The position numbers and the translations under genes are program-made. The notes beneath the pieces were generated by a model, which was not told the DNA's origin, ran no database searches, and was given only the letters and a program-made list of their open reading frames with translations. Positions 1 through 11,000 of a stretch of 64,000 nucleotides of DNA are shown here, piece by piece. Position 1 is the stretch's first letter. Each line of letters starts with the position of its first letter. Source of the DNA: Basidiobolus meristosporus CBS 931.73 (Eukaryota > Fungi > Basidiobolomycota); contig MCFE01000424.1 in assembly GCA_002104905.1 (NCBI GenBank), forward strand, positions 1 to 64,000, given 5' to 3'.

Positions 1-3000
1 ATAGTTACCATCCTGAATAGCCTGACAGACAGGTTTCAGGGCCTTGTATCAGCCCTAACATCCAGAACTGAAGGTTTGATCTTAAATAACATATATGGGA
101 GGCTCCTGGATGAACAATTACAGAAATCTAGTGCAAAAAAGAAGGAAGAAGAAAATGCTTTAATAAGCAGTGACAACAAACAAAGAAGATACACAAGACC
201 TTTTAAGGGCAATAGCAGCCTATTTTGTAACTACTGTAAAAGGAAAGAACACACATCAGACTGGTGATTCAAAGAGTGAGATAGTCAGCAACAAAGCCTG
301 AATATGGAAATGCTGAACAACTTCAGATAGCTGATTCATACCTGCACTAAGTATGACCACAAGCAAGGATTCTCAAATGTGGTATATTGACACTGGAGCA
401 TCTCCACACTTGACACACCAAAAAGAACTTTTCCCCCAATATCAAAAAATTCCAATCAAGAAGGTTTTCATGGGTGACTATAGAATGCTTGATGCAGGAG
501 TAGAAGGAACTACCCAAGTAAACCTTAGAAGCAATGAAGAAAGCCATACACTGACCTTTAAAGAGGCACTCTATGTACCAGAAATATCCAAGAACCTACT
601 ATCTGTAAGCAAGGCCACAGCATAAAGACTCAGTTTCAGCTCTGACAGTTCTGGATGCATGATCACTGATCACAATAGTGCCCATATTGCTTTGGGTATC
701 AGAGATCAGAATCAATTCAAGTTGGCCTATGTTTCAACATATTAGGATGCCATTATAAGTGACTTTAAGGAGGAAATACCAATGCTTTGGTACAGGAGAT
801 TTGGGCACATCAATTTTGATTACTTGTGCAAAATGATTAACGATCAGCTAATCTCTGGAGTAAAACTTGAGCCCCCAACTAATTTGGAGCACTGTGAAGC
901 CTGCATATATGGGAAACAAGCCAGATAACTGTTCAAGAGTACCGCGATAATCAAAACTAAGAAAATTAAATCTAATGCTCTCAAATCTGTGTGGACCTAA
1001 GCAAAATTTATCCTTTGGTGGGATGAAGTATCTAATCACTTTTATTGGTGATTAATCAAGATACATGTGGGCCTACTTGATGGAGAGAAAAGATCAAGTT
1101 CTGTCTAAGTTCAGGGAGTTTAAAACCATGGTGGAGCAAGAACCTGGTGAAAAAATCAAGAAAATATGCTCTAACAATGGTGGAGAATAAACATCCAAAC
1201 TCTTAATTCACTTCTGCAAAATTCATGGGATAAAGCAAGAGACTGCTGTACCATACTCCCCACTTCAAAATGGAGAAACTGAACATCCAAACAGATCAAT
1301 AATTGATATGGCAAAATCTATAAGCCATGATCAAAAATCATCTTACAATATTTGGGTGGAATTTGTTGGCACAGCTGTATACCTTAAAAATAGGAGTTAT
1401 AGCTAGATACTTTGTAATTTTACTCCATTTGAAGCATGGTGTGTATATAGATCAAGTGCAGAACATCCAACAATTATTGGGTGTACAACATATGACAAGA
1501 AACTGCCTGGATATAAACCAAAATTTGAGCAAAAAAGTGTAAAATGCATATTTTTGCACCACTGCAATGAGAGAAAAGCATACAGACTCTACAATACCAA
1601 AGCAAAGAAGCTAATAAAGTCCAGGGATGTGCTCTTTGATGAAAACTCATAATTTACACAAAAATTTACATCAGATGATGACAAAAATCTAATCTCAAGT
1701 TCACCTCCTGTCAGAATTGAATCAGAGCAAAATAATGAAGGAATTTTCACTCAAGAGGCCCCTACAACCATGGTTCAGCCTGAATCAGTGCCCAGGAATA
1801 TTCCAGAAGTGATCACTACAGTATCAGATGCCCAGAAATTGAATCACACAAGAAATAGCTCAATTGACTATATCAATGAGGGTACAAACTTAGCCTATGC
1901 CTATTCAGTCCATATTGATGAGCCCCAGACTGTGAAAGAAGCTCTAAATAGCCCCAATACAAAGTTTTGGAGATCTGCAATGACTGAGGAATATCAGGCC
2001 CTGATGGAAAATCAAGCTTGGGACTTAGTCAAATTACCAATCAACCAAGAATCAGTTGGATGCAGATGGGACTTGAAGACAAAATACAAAGCTGGTAGTG
2101 CAATCAAAAGAAGCAAAGCAAGACTTGTGGCCAAAGGATACTCCCAATCAAAAGGACTTGACTATACCAAGACCTTTGTACCAGTAGCCAAGTTTAATTC
2201 CATTATATTGCCATTGGCTTTTGCAGCCAAATGTAAGTTTCTTATTCAACAAATGGATGTCAAAGCTGCATTTTGAATGAAGAACTTGCTGAGGACATGT
2301 ATATTAGCCAGCCTGATGGGTTTGTTGGCAAAAATAACCCCAATTTGGTCTGCAAGCTTAAAAAGTCTCTATATGGACTCAAACAATCACCAAGAACCTG
2401 GAATTACAAGATTGATTCTTATTTGGAATCTTTGAGTTTCAAATTGTGTAGTCCTGACTATAGTATATACTATAAGCCAGATAGAGCAAATCCAGTTCTA
2501 TTAGCTCTATAGGTGGATGATCCTATTATAGCCACCAATAACCCAGAAATATTGGAAGAGACTAAATCCAGCCTATCTAAGGAGTTCAAGATGTCTGATC
2601 TAGGAGAGCTCAGTCACTACTTAGGGATTAGTGCTCCATAGACAGAAGTACACAGACAGTCACTTTCAGCCAATCCAAGTATATATATGGTATACTAAAG
2701 AAGCACTAAATGGAAGACTGTAAACCAGCAGCTACCCCAATGGAGACAAACCTTAACTTAGTCAAAACCTGACCAAATTAAGAGAGCTTGGTGCCATCTG
2801 AAAGCCCTGACTTTCCTTATCAATCTATGGTTGGCAGTCTGATGTATGCCATACTTGCAACATGTCTAGATGTCTCATATTTAGTGGAAGTTGTCAGCCA
2901 GCATATTCAGAACTATTGAATTGTTCATATTGCAGCAGTTAAGCGGATTTTTAGATACCTAAATGGAACTCTTGATATCTGCTTAATATATACTTATAAG

Positions 3001-3703
3001 GATTCCAAACAGGATCTTGTGGGATACTCTGATGCTGATTAGGGATAAAATTTGGAAGACAAAAGGTCCACCACAGGATACACCCTTCAATACTGTAAAG
3101 GAGCAATTACATGGAATTCAAGAAAGCAACCAACTGTAGCACTTTTTACCACAGAGGCAGAGTATATGGCAGCATGTCAAGCTACAAATGAAGCAATGAG
3201 GTCAAGAAAGCTTTTTACTAACTTAGGCCTATGTCACAAAACCCCTGTTACTTTATTTCAAGATGATGAAGGATGTATACAACTAGGTAGAAATCCAACT
3301 TTTCATGCTAGAACTAAGCACATAAATATTAGACATCATTTCATATGTGAAGCTAAAGAGAATAGCTTAGTAAGCTTAGCTTACTGTCATTGAGATGAAA
3401 TGATTGCAGAACTACTTACCAAGCCATTAGCCAGAGACAAGTTTGAATATCTTTGGTCAAAATTAGGACTAGTCAGTATGAACATTTAGCTCAGTGGGAG
3501 TGTTATAGAAATTTGTAATTCCATCTAAATATTCACCTAGCTTAGTCACTTAGATTGGTACCTTCAAATCCTAGAGAATACTGACTAAATTCCTTTTCAG
3601 GATTTACTTATAATATTTTTACAAAAATACCAGATGCCCAGTACATCAAAGTTCTCAAAGTTGTCCAAACAGCCCCAAACTTTGCACACCTGTTCTTGGG
3701 ACC
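1..3703 (+). mobile_element. Degenerate Ty1/Copia LTR retrotransposon copy A (gag C-terminus, protease, integrase, RT, RNase H, partial 3' LTR); 5' end outside the window
   Basis: Gag zinc knuckle CNYCKRKEH (76-267); protease WYIDTGASPH (353-625); RT motifs KARLVAKGYSQ, QMDVKAAF and LKKSLYGLKQSPR (1770-2512); RNase H SRKQPTVAL..TEAEY and HARTKHI (3052-3393). Integrase precedes RT, the Copia order. Many stops and frameshifts. Confidence 0.95.
3501..3703 (+). repeat. Copia 3' LTR, truncated, preceded by polypurine tract AGTGGGAG (3493-3500)
   Basis: Begins TGTTATAG directly after the purine tract and matches the full LTR at 63284-63631. Breaks off at GGGACCTT and joins a gag zinc knuckle. Confidence 0.85.
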
Positions 3704-4273
3704 TTATTTGTAACTAGTGCAAAAGGAAAGGACAAGCATCAGATTGGTGTCTCAAAAAGAGAAATAATGAGCAAAAGAAGCCTGAATATGGAAATGCTGC
3801 AACAACCAAAGGTAGACTACTCATATCTGCACTAAATAAGACCTTGTACAAGGATTATCAGATCTGTTATGTTGACTCTGGAGCATGTGAATGCTTTAAA
3901 CACCAAAAGAACCTTTTACCCAATACCAAGAAATTCCAATCAGGAAGGTTTTCATGGGTGATAATAGAGCACTTGATGCAGTTGGAGAGGGAATTATCCA
4001 AGTAAGCCTTAGTAGCAGTGCAGGAAGCCACTCTTTGACCGTTAAAGAAGTATTTTATGTACCAGAAATAGCCAAGAACCTACTACTACTACTACTACTA
4101 CTAAGAGCAGCTAATTTGGAGCACTGTGAAGCCTGCACACATGGGAAACAAGCCAGACAACCATTCAAGAGCTCCAGGGTAATCAATACTAAGAAAAGAT
4201 AGATCTAATTCACTTAGATCTGTGTGGACCTATGCTAAATTTAACCATTGGCAAAATGAATTATTTAATAAGA

Positions 4274-7200
4274 GGACTTGTTCCATTATACCATGCCAGG
4301 GTGTGCAGCACAATCAGTGGTCTCTAAGAACAATTGGGTGCAATATTAAAGCTACAGCAGGCAGGATTTCTCTTTGACAATTTTGCACCATGTGGGATGA
4401 TCTTGAGCACAATGGCACAATCTGACACAATGAGGTTGGTACAAATGATTGCGCCAACTTGTAATGTTGCATCATGTACAAAATCAGATATTGCTATAAT
4501 GGTAGGTAAATCTGGTATAAGGATATGCTACTTCAATGAAAAGGGATATAAATGTGTATCACACTATAAACTACACTGATACATACCATTTTGGTCACCA
4601 TCTCTCCAATAGGGCTTATCTCAGTGGTTCATTGGCTGAAAAGTATCCTGAAGCTATCAGCCCCCAATTTGCTCCTTGACCAATGCACAAGCTACCAGAT
4701 TTGCCATCAAATATCCCATTTTACCCATTGCGCAAGTGAAATCCTGATCCTATCAATTGGACAAGGTGTCATAGCTAGCACTCAACCAATTGTATAGGTG
4801 CAGGACAAATCAAATGGCTGCACTGGTGGTACAGATGAAGTATATATATGCAGGGTGTTTATTTAGAGGGGTTCTGTCTCATATTTGATATGACCTTGAG
4901 ATTGCTTATATCAAATATTTAGTAATCACTGATTTGCAATGACTCAATTTGGATTTGCATAACTAAACTGCTTCCTTGTTGACTATTCTCTTGGCTACTT
5001 GTGTATTTGTAGTCAGTATTTTGCCTCCTAGTAGATGAGTGCAATGCTGCAGCTTGGCCAAACTTAATTGCTCTGGATGATGCTACAGAACCAGCCTGCA
5101 GTAATACTTACTGATACATTCTTTTACTTGCCAAAGGCTCTGGTCGTGGAGGCTCTTTGTGTGGGTCATCATCAGTTAGCTCACCATAAGAAGCTTGCTG
5201 ATGGTGAGGTCTAATGGCACACACAGGTGCAACTTGATGCACTGGCATGACCCTTGGCTGAGTTTGATGTGATGCTGCTTGTTGATGCAACTTGGCCTGC
5301 TCCAATGGACTTGTGTCTAGATGAGTAGTTTGGTAACTTAAGGTAGTTTTGCTCTGGAGCACATGTGTTGACCTGACATGGGTCAACTAGATGCAAGGAG
5401 CACTTGTCAAGGGTGTTGGTGTAGTTTGGACTGACATGCACTGCTGCACTGAAGTTGCAAGGGATAGTACAGAATCCTGCAAGGGGCACTGGTGCAATCT
5501 AGACACTGTTGCTTGCGGTCTGTTTTCTTTCTCTTGAAACTCACCTTCTGATTCCTCAAAATATTCACTTACCCTCTATGTGATTCTTTGGAACTGTTGC
5601 CTGGATGATTCCTGTGTATATTGCTTTTGGAAGCCACTTAGCTTTACTAATACATCAACTAGTACATTAGTCATTTGAGCTAAAAACGCACTAAGAATCT
5701 CTTTGGTTCCCAAAGTTGAGGCACAAACAGATATGTCTAGCCCATACTGAGCAAATTGTAATCAAAATTGTTCCTGCATGGCTTCCTCATCAATTCCCCT
5801 CAATCTCAGCTCATTCTTGATCTCAATACTTGTCTTGTTATATATCTTCTTACATACATCCGCTGGTATCTTGATGTCAAACTCATGCCACAGCTTTCTA
5901 CTCAGGTTCTCCCAACTCTGTTGACTCTGAGGTATCTAGTTCTGCTAGATTAATGAGTAATGCCCAAATATCTGTATGAAGGCTCATCATAGACACTTTG
6001 GCCATACTATACTTGTTTGGCAAGAACTCAAACAGATTCAACATTGACTTCTCCAATCCAGACCATGCTTATGAGCTGGGGGATGAGTTTTGTCTGGGTT
6101 GTACTAAATAAGAGCTGAGACTTGGTATAGGGATCATAGTGATGGATTTTGATACTTATACAGTAGCGTTAGGCATCAACCTGGTATTAAACAAAATATA
6201 TATGAAAAATAATGTGATAGTTGAATTTTCCATATTATTTATGCTGCATCTTGGATTGCATTGACCCAGATTGGATCACATATATTGTGAATTTACTATT
6301 TGACTATAGACTTGTGAGTAAAGCACCAATAAAAATGCTAGGTCATTTTCTGAGGATAATATCTGCAACATTATGATGGGATACATGGCAATTGATGTAG
6401 ATTTAATCATAATGCATGGAAATTTAGATTAATAAAGCTGATTATACCAAATTAATTCAAATCATCTCAGCCCCATCACCTACCAATTTTAATACGGCTC
6501 ACTCATTGGAATGGTCTTTTCTCATCAATCCCATCACTACCATTGGATTTTCTTTTAACACACTAGCAGAGATCTATACCAAGTACTGTAGTCCATCTAC
6601 CCCAATCTACTCAAGGAGATCCCTTGTTGAGCTTCTCTGCTGTTGCAACAACTATTTCCCCACCAGATTTCATCCCACTATCAATGGCAATAAGAGTCAT
6701 TGAAGCTTTGATTTCCAGCTGACAGCAATGAAAAGCCATCTTGCAGAGGGTATGAATGACCTAGAGCAAGCTTGGAATACTAGGTTCAGAAGCTCCAATA
6801 GACTTCCATAACCCATAGTGTTCAGCAATAGGTTCCATATAAGGAGTATTTTGGATATCTTCCCAGTCAGGATTAAAGAACTTCTAGAGGGCAGAGGCAC
6901 TTTTATTCTGGCAAGTACAAGGCACACTGTGTGAATTTTCAAGCACTGTCTGACAGTCAGGGTAACATCATCAGGTTTAGTGGTTCATTTGCTTGAAGTA
7001 GGTATGAGAATGCACTCTGGGTAGAGAATCATCCAGAATCCAGTAGAGGGGAGAAATGTATGGCAGACTTAGCTTATATAGGAGGGGGTTGTCAGAGATT
7101 AGGATGTATTACAGCTTATAGGAAGCCAAGGAATGGTGTGCTTAGCAGGAAGCAAAAGCTCTACAATGAGATATTCAATCATCTTAGAGTGAGAGTAGAG

Positions 7201-7558
7201 CATACATTTAAATATCTGAAGAGATTCAGCATATTGGCTAGTAATTGGAAAGGAAATTAATATATGGGAGAAAACAGCAGAATAGATGAAATAGTCAAGA
7301 TACTTATCAATGCACAGTGCATTTATACAAGAACAGATCCACTAAGAGAAATGTGTCTGGAGCATAATGAAGAGTAAAAAAGCAAGGAAAGCACTATTTT
7401 TAGCAACATAAGTAAGATTGAGTAAAATTGCCAGTAACCAAATCCTACCACTGGCATTGTGGCAGAATTTATAGTGCCAGATGGTGCCATGGAGTACAGA
7501 TTGATCTGGCACCATGATCAGGCTGGTGCTATGTGGCACTTTCCAACTTAAGAAGTCT
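4274..7558 (+). mobile_element. PHIS-group (PIF/Harbinger/IS5-like) DNA transposon, near full-length copy 1, about 3.3 kb
   Basis: 5' end GACTTGTTCC; degenerate 3' end GTGGCACTTTCCAACTTAAGAAGTCT resembles the MITE end GTGGCACTATCCAACGGAACAAGTCT. Internal DDE transposase; Copia integrase resumes on both flanks. Confidence 0.8.
6511..7377 (+). pseudogene. DDE_Tnp_4-type (Harbinger/IS5-like) transposase, disrupted
   Basis: Translated pieces ILDIFPVRI, FYSGKYKAHCVNFQALSDSQG, MADLAYIG and YNEIFNHLRVRVEHTFKYLKRFSIL fit the family pattern D..P, YSGKKKxH, LAD.GY and N....R..VE..F..LK.F.IL. Contains stops and frameshifts. Confidence 0.85.
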
Positions 7559-8400
7559 ACTTTTATTAATGATTATACAAGATATATGTGGATCTACATC
7601 ATGGGGAGAAAGGAAGAAGCTCTGTCTAGGATCAAGGAGTTTAAAGCCATGGTAGAGCAAGAAACTGCTGAGAAAATCAAGAAAATATGGCCTGACAATG
7701 GTGAGCATATATATCAAAACTTTTCATCTACATCTGCAAAGTATATGGTATAAATCAAGAGACTACTGTGTCATACTCCCCACAGCAACAGGTAGTAGCG
7801 GAACATCTGAACCTAGTACTCCAAGCTTACTCTAAGTCATCCATGCCCTCTGCAAGGTGGCACTCCATTGCTGTCAGCTGGGAATGAAAGCTTCTAGGAC
7901 TTTTGTTACCATGGATGGTGGGATGAAACCTTGTAGGGCAATAGTTCTGGGAATAGCAGAAAAGCTTAACAAGGGATCTCCTTGAGCAGATTGAGGTAGA
8001 TGGACCACAGTACTTGGTATAGATCTCCTCTAGTGTGGCAAAAGGAAATCCAGTGGTAGTGATGGGATTGATGAGAAAAGACATTCAGATGAGTAAGTCA
8101 TATCAAGATTGGTGGAGGATTGGGCTGAGGTGATTTGAAGCAATTTGGCGCAATCAGCTTTATTTATCTGATTTTCCATGAATTATGATTAACTCTCCAT
8201 CAATTGCCATGTATCCCATCATTATGTTGCAAAAATCATTGCCAAGCAATGACTGGGTATTTTATTGATGTTTTACTCACAAGTCTATGATCAAATAGGA
8301 AATCTGCAATTGCTGTGATCTGATTTGTGTCTATGCAATCCAAGATGCATCATGCATAATGTACAAAAATTCAACAATCACGTAAGTTTTCATATATATT

Positions 8401-8611
8401 AGACTTGTTCCATTGTGCCATTGATCATAATGCCAGAGAGTGCTGTATATTTTGTTATTAATTTGATATTTTAGGGTCATATGCATGTCAATTTTGATCC
8501 CAAATTGGCACTGTATGGCACCATCTGGCACTCTCAGGCATGATCAGGCACCATCTGGCATGCTATGGCACTATTGGGCACTATGATCAGCTGGAATGAT
8601 GGAACAAGTCT
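8401..8611. mobile_element. 211-bp MITE of the AGACTTGTTCC family nested in transposon copy 2
   Basis: TIRs AGACTTGTTCCAT and ATGGAACAAGTCT; ATT at 8398-8400 and 8612-8614. Removing the MITE plus one ATT restores the length of the empty site in copy 1. Confidence 0.9.
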
Positions 8612-8765
8612 ATTTCATATATGACCAGGTTGATGCCAATACACCACTGTATAAGTATTGAAATCTGTCACTATGATCCCTCTACCAAGTCTCAACTCAT
8701 CTTTGGTTCAACCCTAACAAAACCCATCCCCCAGCTCACAAGTATGGTCCAGACCTGAAAAGGCA

Positions 8766-9919
8766 ATGTTGGATCCACTTGAGTACTTGCCAAATGATTT
8801 GTGTATGGCCTAAGTGTCTATGATGAGACTTCATACAGATATTTGGGCACCACTCAATAATATAGCAGAACTAGACACCTTGGAGAGCCAACACAGATGG
8901 AAGAACCTGAGTAGAAAGCTGTGGCATGAGTTCTACATCAAGATGCCAGCAGATATATGTAAGAAGATATATAACAAGACAAGTATTGAAATCAAGAATG
9001 AGCTCAGAGTGAGGGGATTTGATGAGGAAGCCACACAGGACCAATTATGCGTGCAATTTGCCCAGTACGGACCAGACATATCCGTTTGTGCCTTGACTTT
9101 GAACACTAAAGTGATTTTGAATGAGTTTTGCCTCATATGACTAATGTATTATGTGATTTATTAGTAGAGCTAAGTGGCTTCCAAGAGCAATATGCACAGG
9201 ACTGATCCAGGCAACAGTTCCAAAGCATTTGACAGAGGGTAAGTGAATACCTTGTGGAATCAGAAGGTGAGCATCAACAGGAAGAATACAGACTGCAAGC
9301 AACATTGCCTAGATTGCGCCAGCATGCCATGCTGGATTCCTTACCATCCCTTGCAACTTCAGAGAGCTGGTGCATTTCTGTCCAAACTATGCCAACATAT
9401 TTTACAAGAGTGCCCTGCATTGACCCAATGTGTATTGGGTCAACATGCGTACTTCAGAGCAAAACCACCAAAACCTGCCAAGCTGCTCAAAAAGACACAT
9501 GTCCATTGGAGCAGGCCAAGCTATGTCAACAAGCAGCATCACATTAAACTCAGCCAAGGGCCATGCCAGCACATCAATTTGCGTCTGCATGTGCCATTAC
9601 ACCTGACCATCAGCAAGTTTTTTCTGGTGAACTGACTGATGATGACCCATATGAAGTGCCTCCACCACCAGAGCCTTTGGCAAGTAAAAGTACACATCAG
9701 GGCATAGCACTGCAGGCCGGTTCAGTTGCATCATCTGGAGCAATTCAGCATGGTCAAGCTGCAGCATTGCACTCATCAACTTGGAGGCAAAATACTGACT
9801 ACAAATACACAAGTAGCCAAGAGGATAGTCAACAAGAACATAGTCTAGGTGTGCAAAGTGAATCACTACCAAATGCTACAGTAGTAATCCCTGTGAGAAA
9901 AAAGCCTAGGAGAGGATGA
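8766..9919 (+). pseudogene. Second, divergently oriented ORF of the PHIS-group transposon, with a possible SAP/HeH-like motif
   Basis: ORF pieces 8814-9140, 9254-9547 and 9563-9919. The homologous reading frame is on the minus strand of copy 1 (about 4960-6045). Motif IKNELRVRGFDEEATQDQLCVQFAQY. Confidence 0.55.
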
Positions 9920-11000
9920 TGCAATTGCATTGAACCGCTATCATTTGTAATGATCCAAACAACGCATTTTTTTTAGCAATCCACATCAAGCCATAGCAAA
10001 TCTATGATCACTAAATTTTTGATATAAGCAATATCATGGTTGTCTCACATTTGAGACAGGACCCCTATAAATAAGCACCATGTATATGTATATATCATCT
10101 GTGGCACCAGTGCAGCCATTTGATTTGTCTTGCACCTATACAATTGGTTGAGTGCTAGCTATGACACCTTGTCCAATTGCTAGGGTCAGGATTTAACTTG
10201 CTCAATGGGTAAAATGGGATATTTGATTGCAAATCAGGTAGCTTGTGTATTGGTCAAAGAGCCAATTGGGGGCTGACCAATACTTTTAGACCAATTAATC
10301 ACTCAGATACCATCCAAATGGAGTGATGGTAACCAAAATGGTATGTATCAGTGAAGTTTATAGTATGATAAGCATTTAGTTCCATTTAAATTAAAGAAAC
10401 ATATCCAAATACTGGATTTTACCTACCATAATAGCAGTATCCAGTTGCGCATGTGATGCAAACATTACAAGTGGGCGCAATCATTTGTGCCAACCTCATT
10501 GTGTCAGATTGTGCCATAGGGTGCAGGATTGTCCCACAATGTGCAAAGTTGTCCAAGAGCAATCCTGCCCACTAGTAGCTACAATATTGTGCCCAATTAT
10601 TTTTAGAGACTGCGGATTGCACCACTCACCCTGGCATGGTACAATGGAACAAGTCTACTGTCTTTAGTTAGAGACAAGTTTGAATATCTTAGGTCCAAAT
10701 TAGGACTAGTCAGTATGAACATTTTGTTGAGTGTAGGTGTTGTAAGAAATTTGTTATTCCACCTAAATATTTGCCCAGCTTAGTCACTTAAATCATTACC
10801 TACCAATCCTAAAGAATACTAACCAAATTCCTTTGAACACATGCTCTTGGGTCCTTCCTTAACTTATTATATGTGTTTGTAATGCCAAGACTATGTAAAA
10901 GTGTAAACAATACTTTTACATGCAAAAAATAATTAAGCAAAAACCACATAATTCACTTGTCCTCCCAGATCATTCCCAACATCTCCAAAACTCTTACAAA

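Larger units (their letters stand above)
7806..10656 (-). mobile_element. Second, inverted and 3'-truncated copy of the same PHIS-group transposon
   Basis: Reverse complement aligns with 4274-6790. Intact terminus GGAACAAGTCT at 10646-10656. Transposase N-terminus is ORF 7827-8084 (-). Confidence 0.85.
3704..11000 (+). mobile_element. Fragmented Copia copy B (pieces about 3704-4270, 7559-7805, 10657-10737; LTR about 10738-11000), split by two DNA transposon copies
   Basis: Knuckle and protease remnant (ORF 3954-4202); integrase fragment FINDYTRYMWIY (7559-7805); RNase H end RDKFEYLRSKLGL followed by an LTR starting TGTTGTAAG at 10738. Confidence 0.85.

Noticed and set aside
4274-10656. Single giant element with 2.5-kb terminal inverted repeats
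   Set aside because: Copy 1 has its own degenerate 3' terminus at 7558 followed by Copia sequence, and the arms include coding sequence, so this is two inverted copies.
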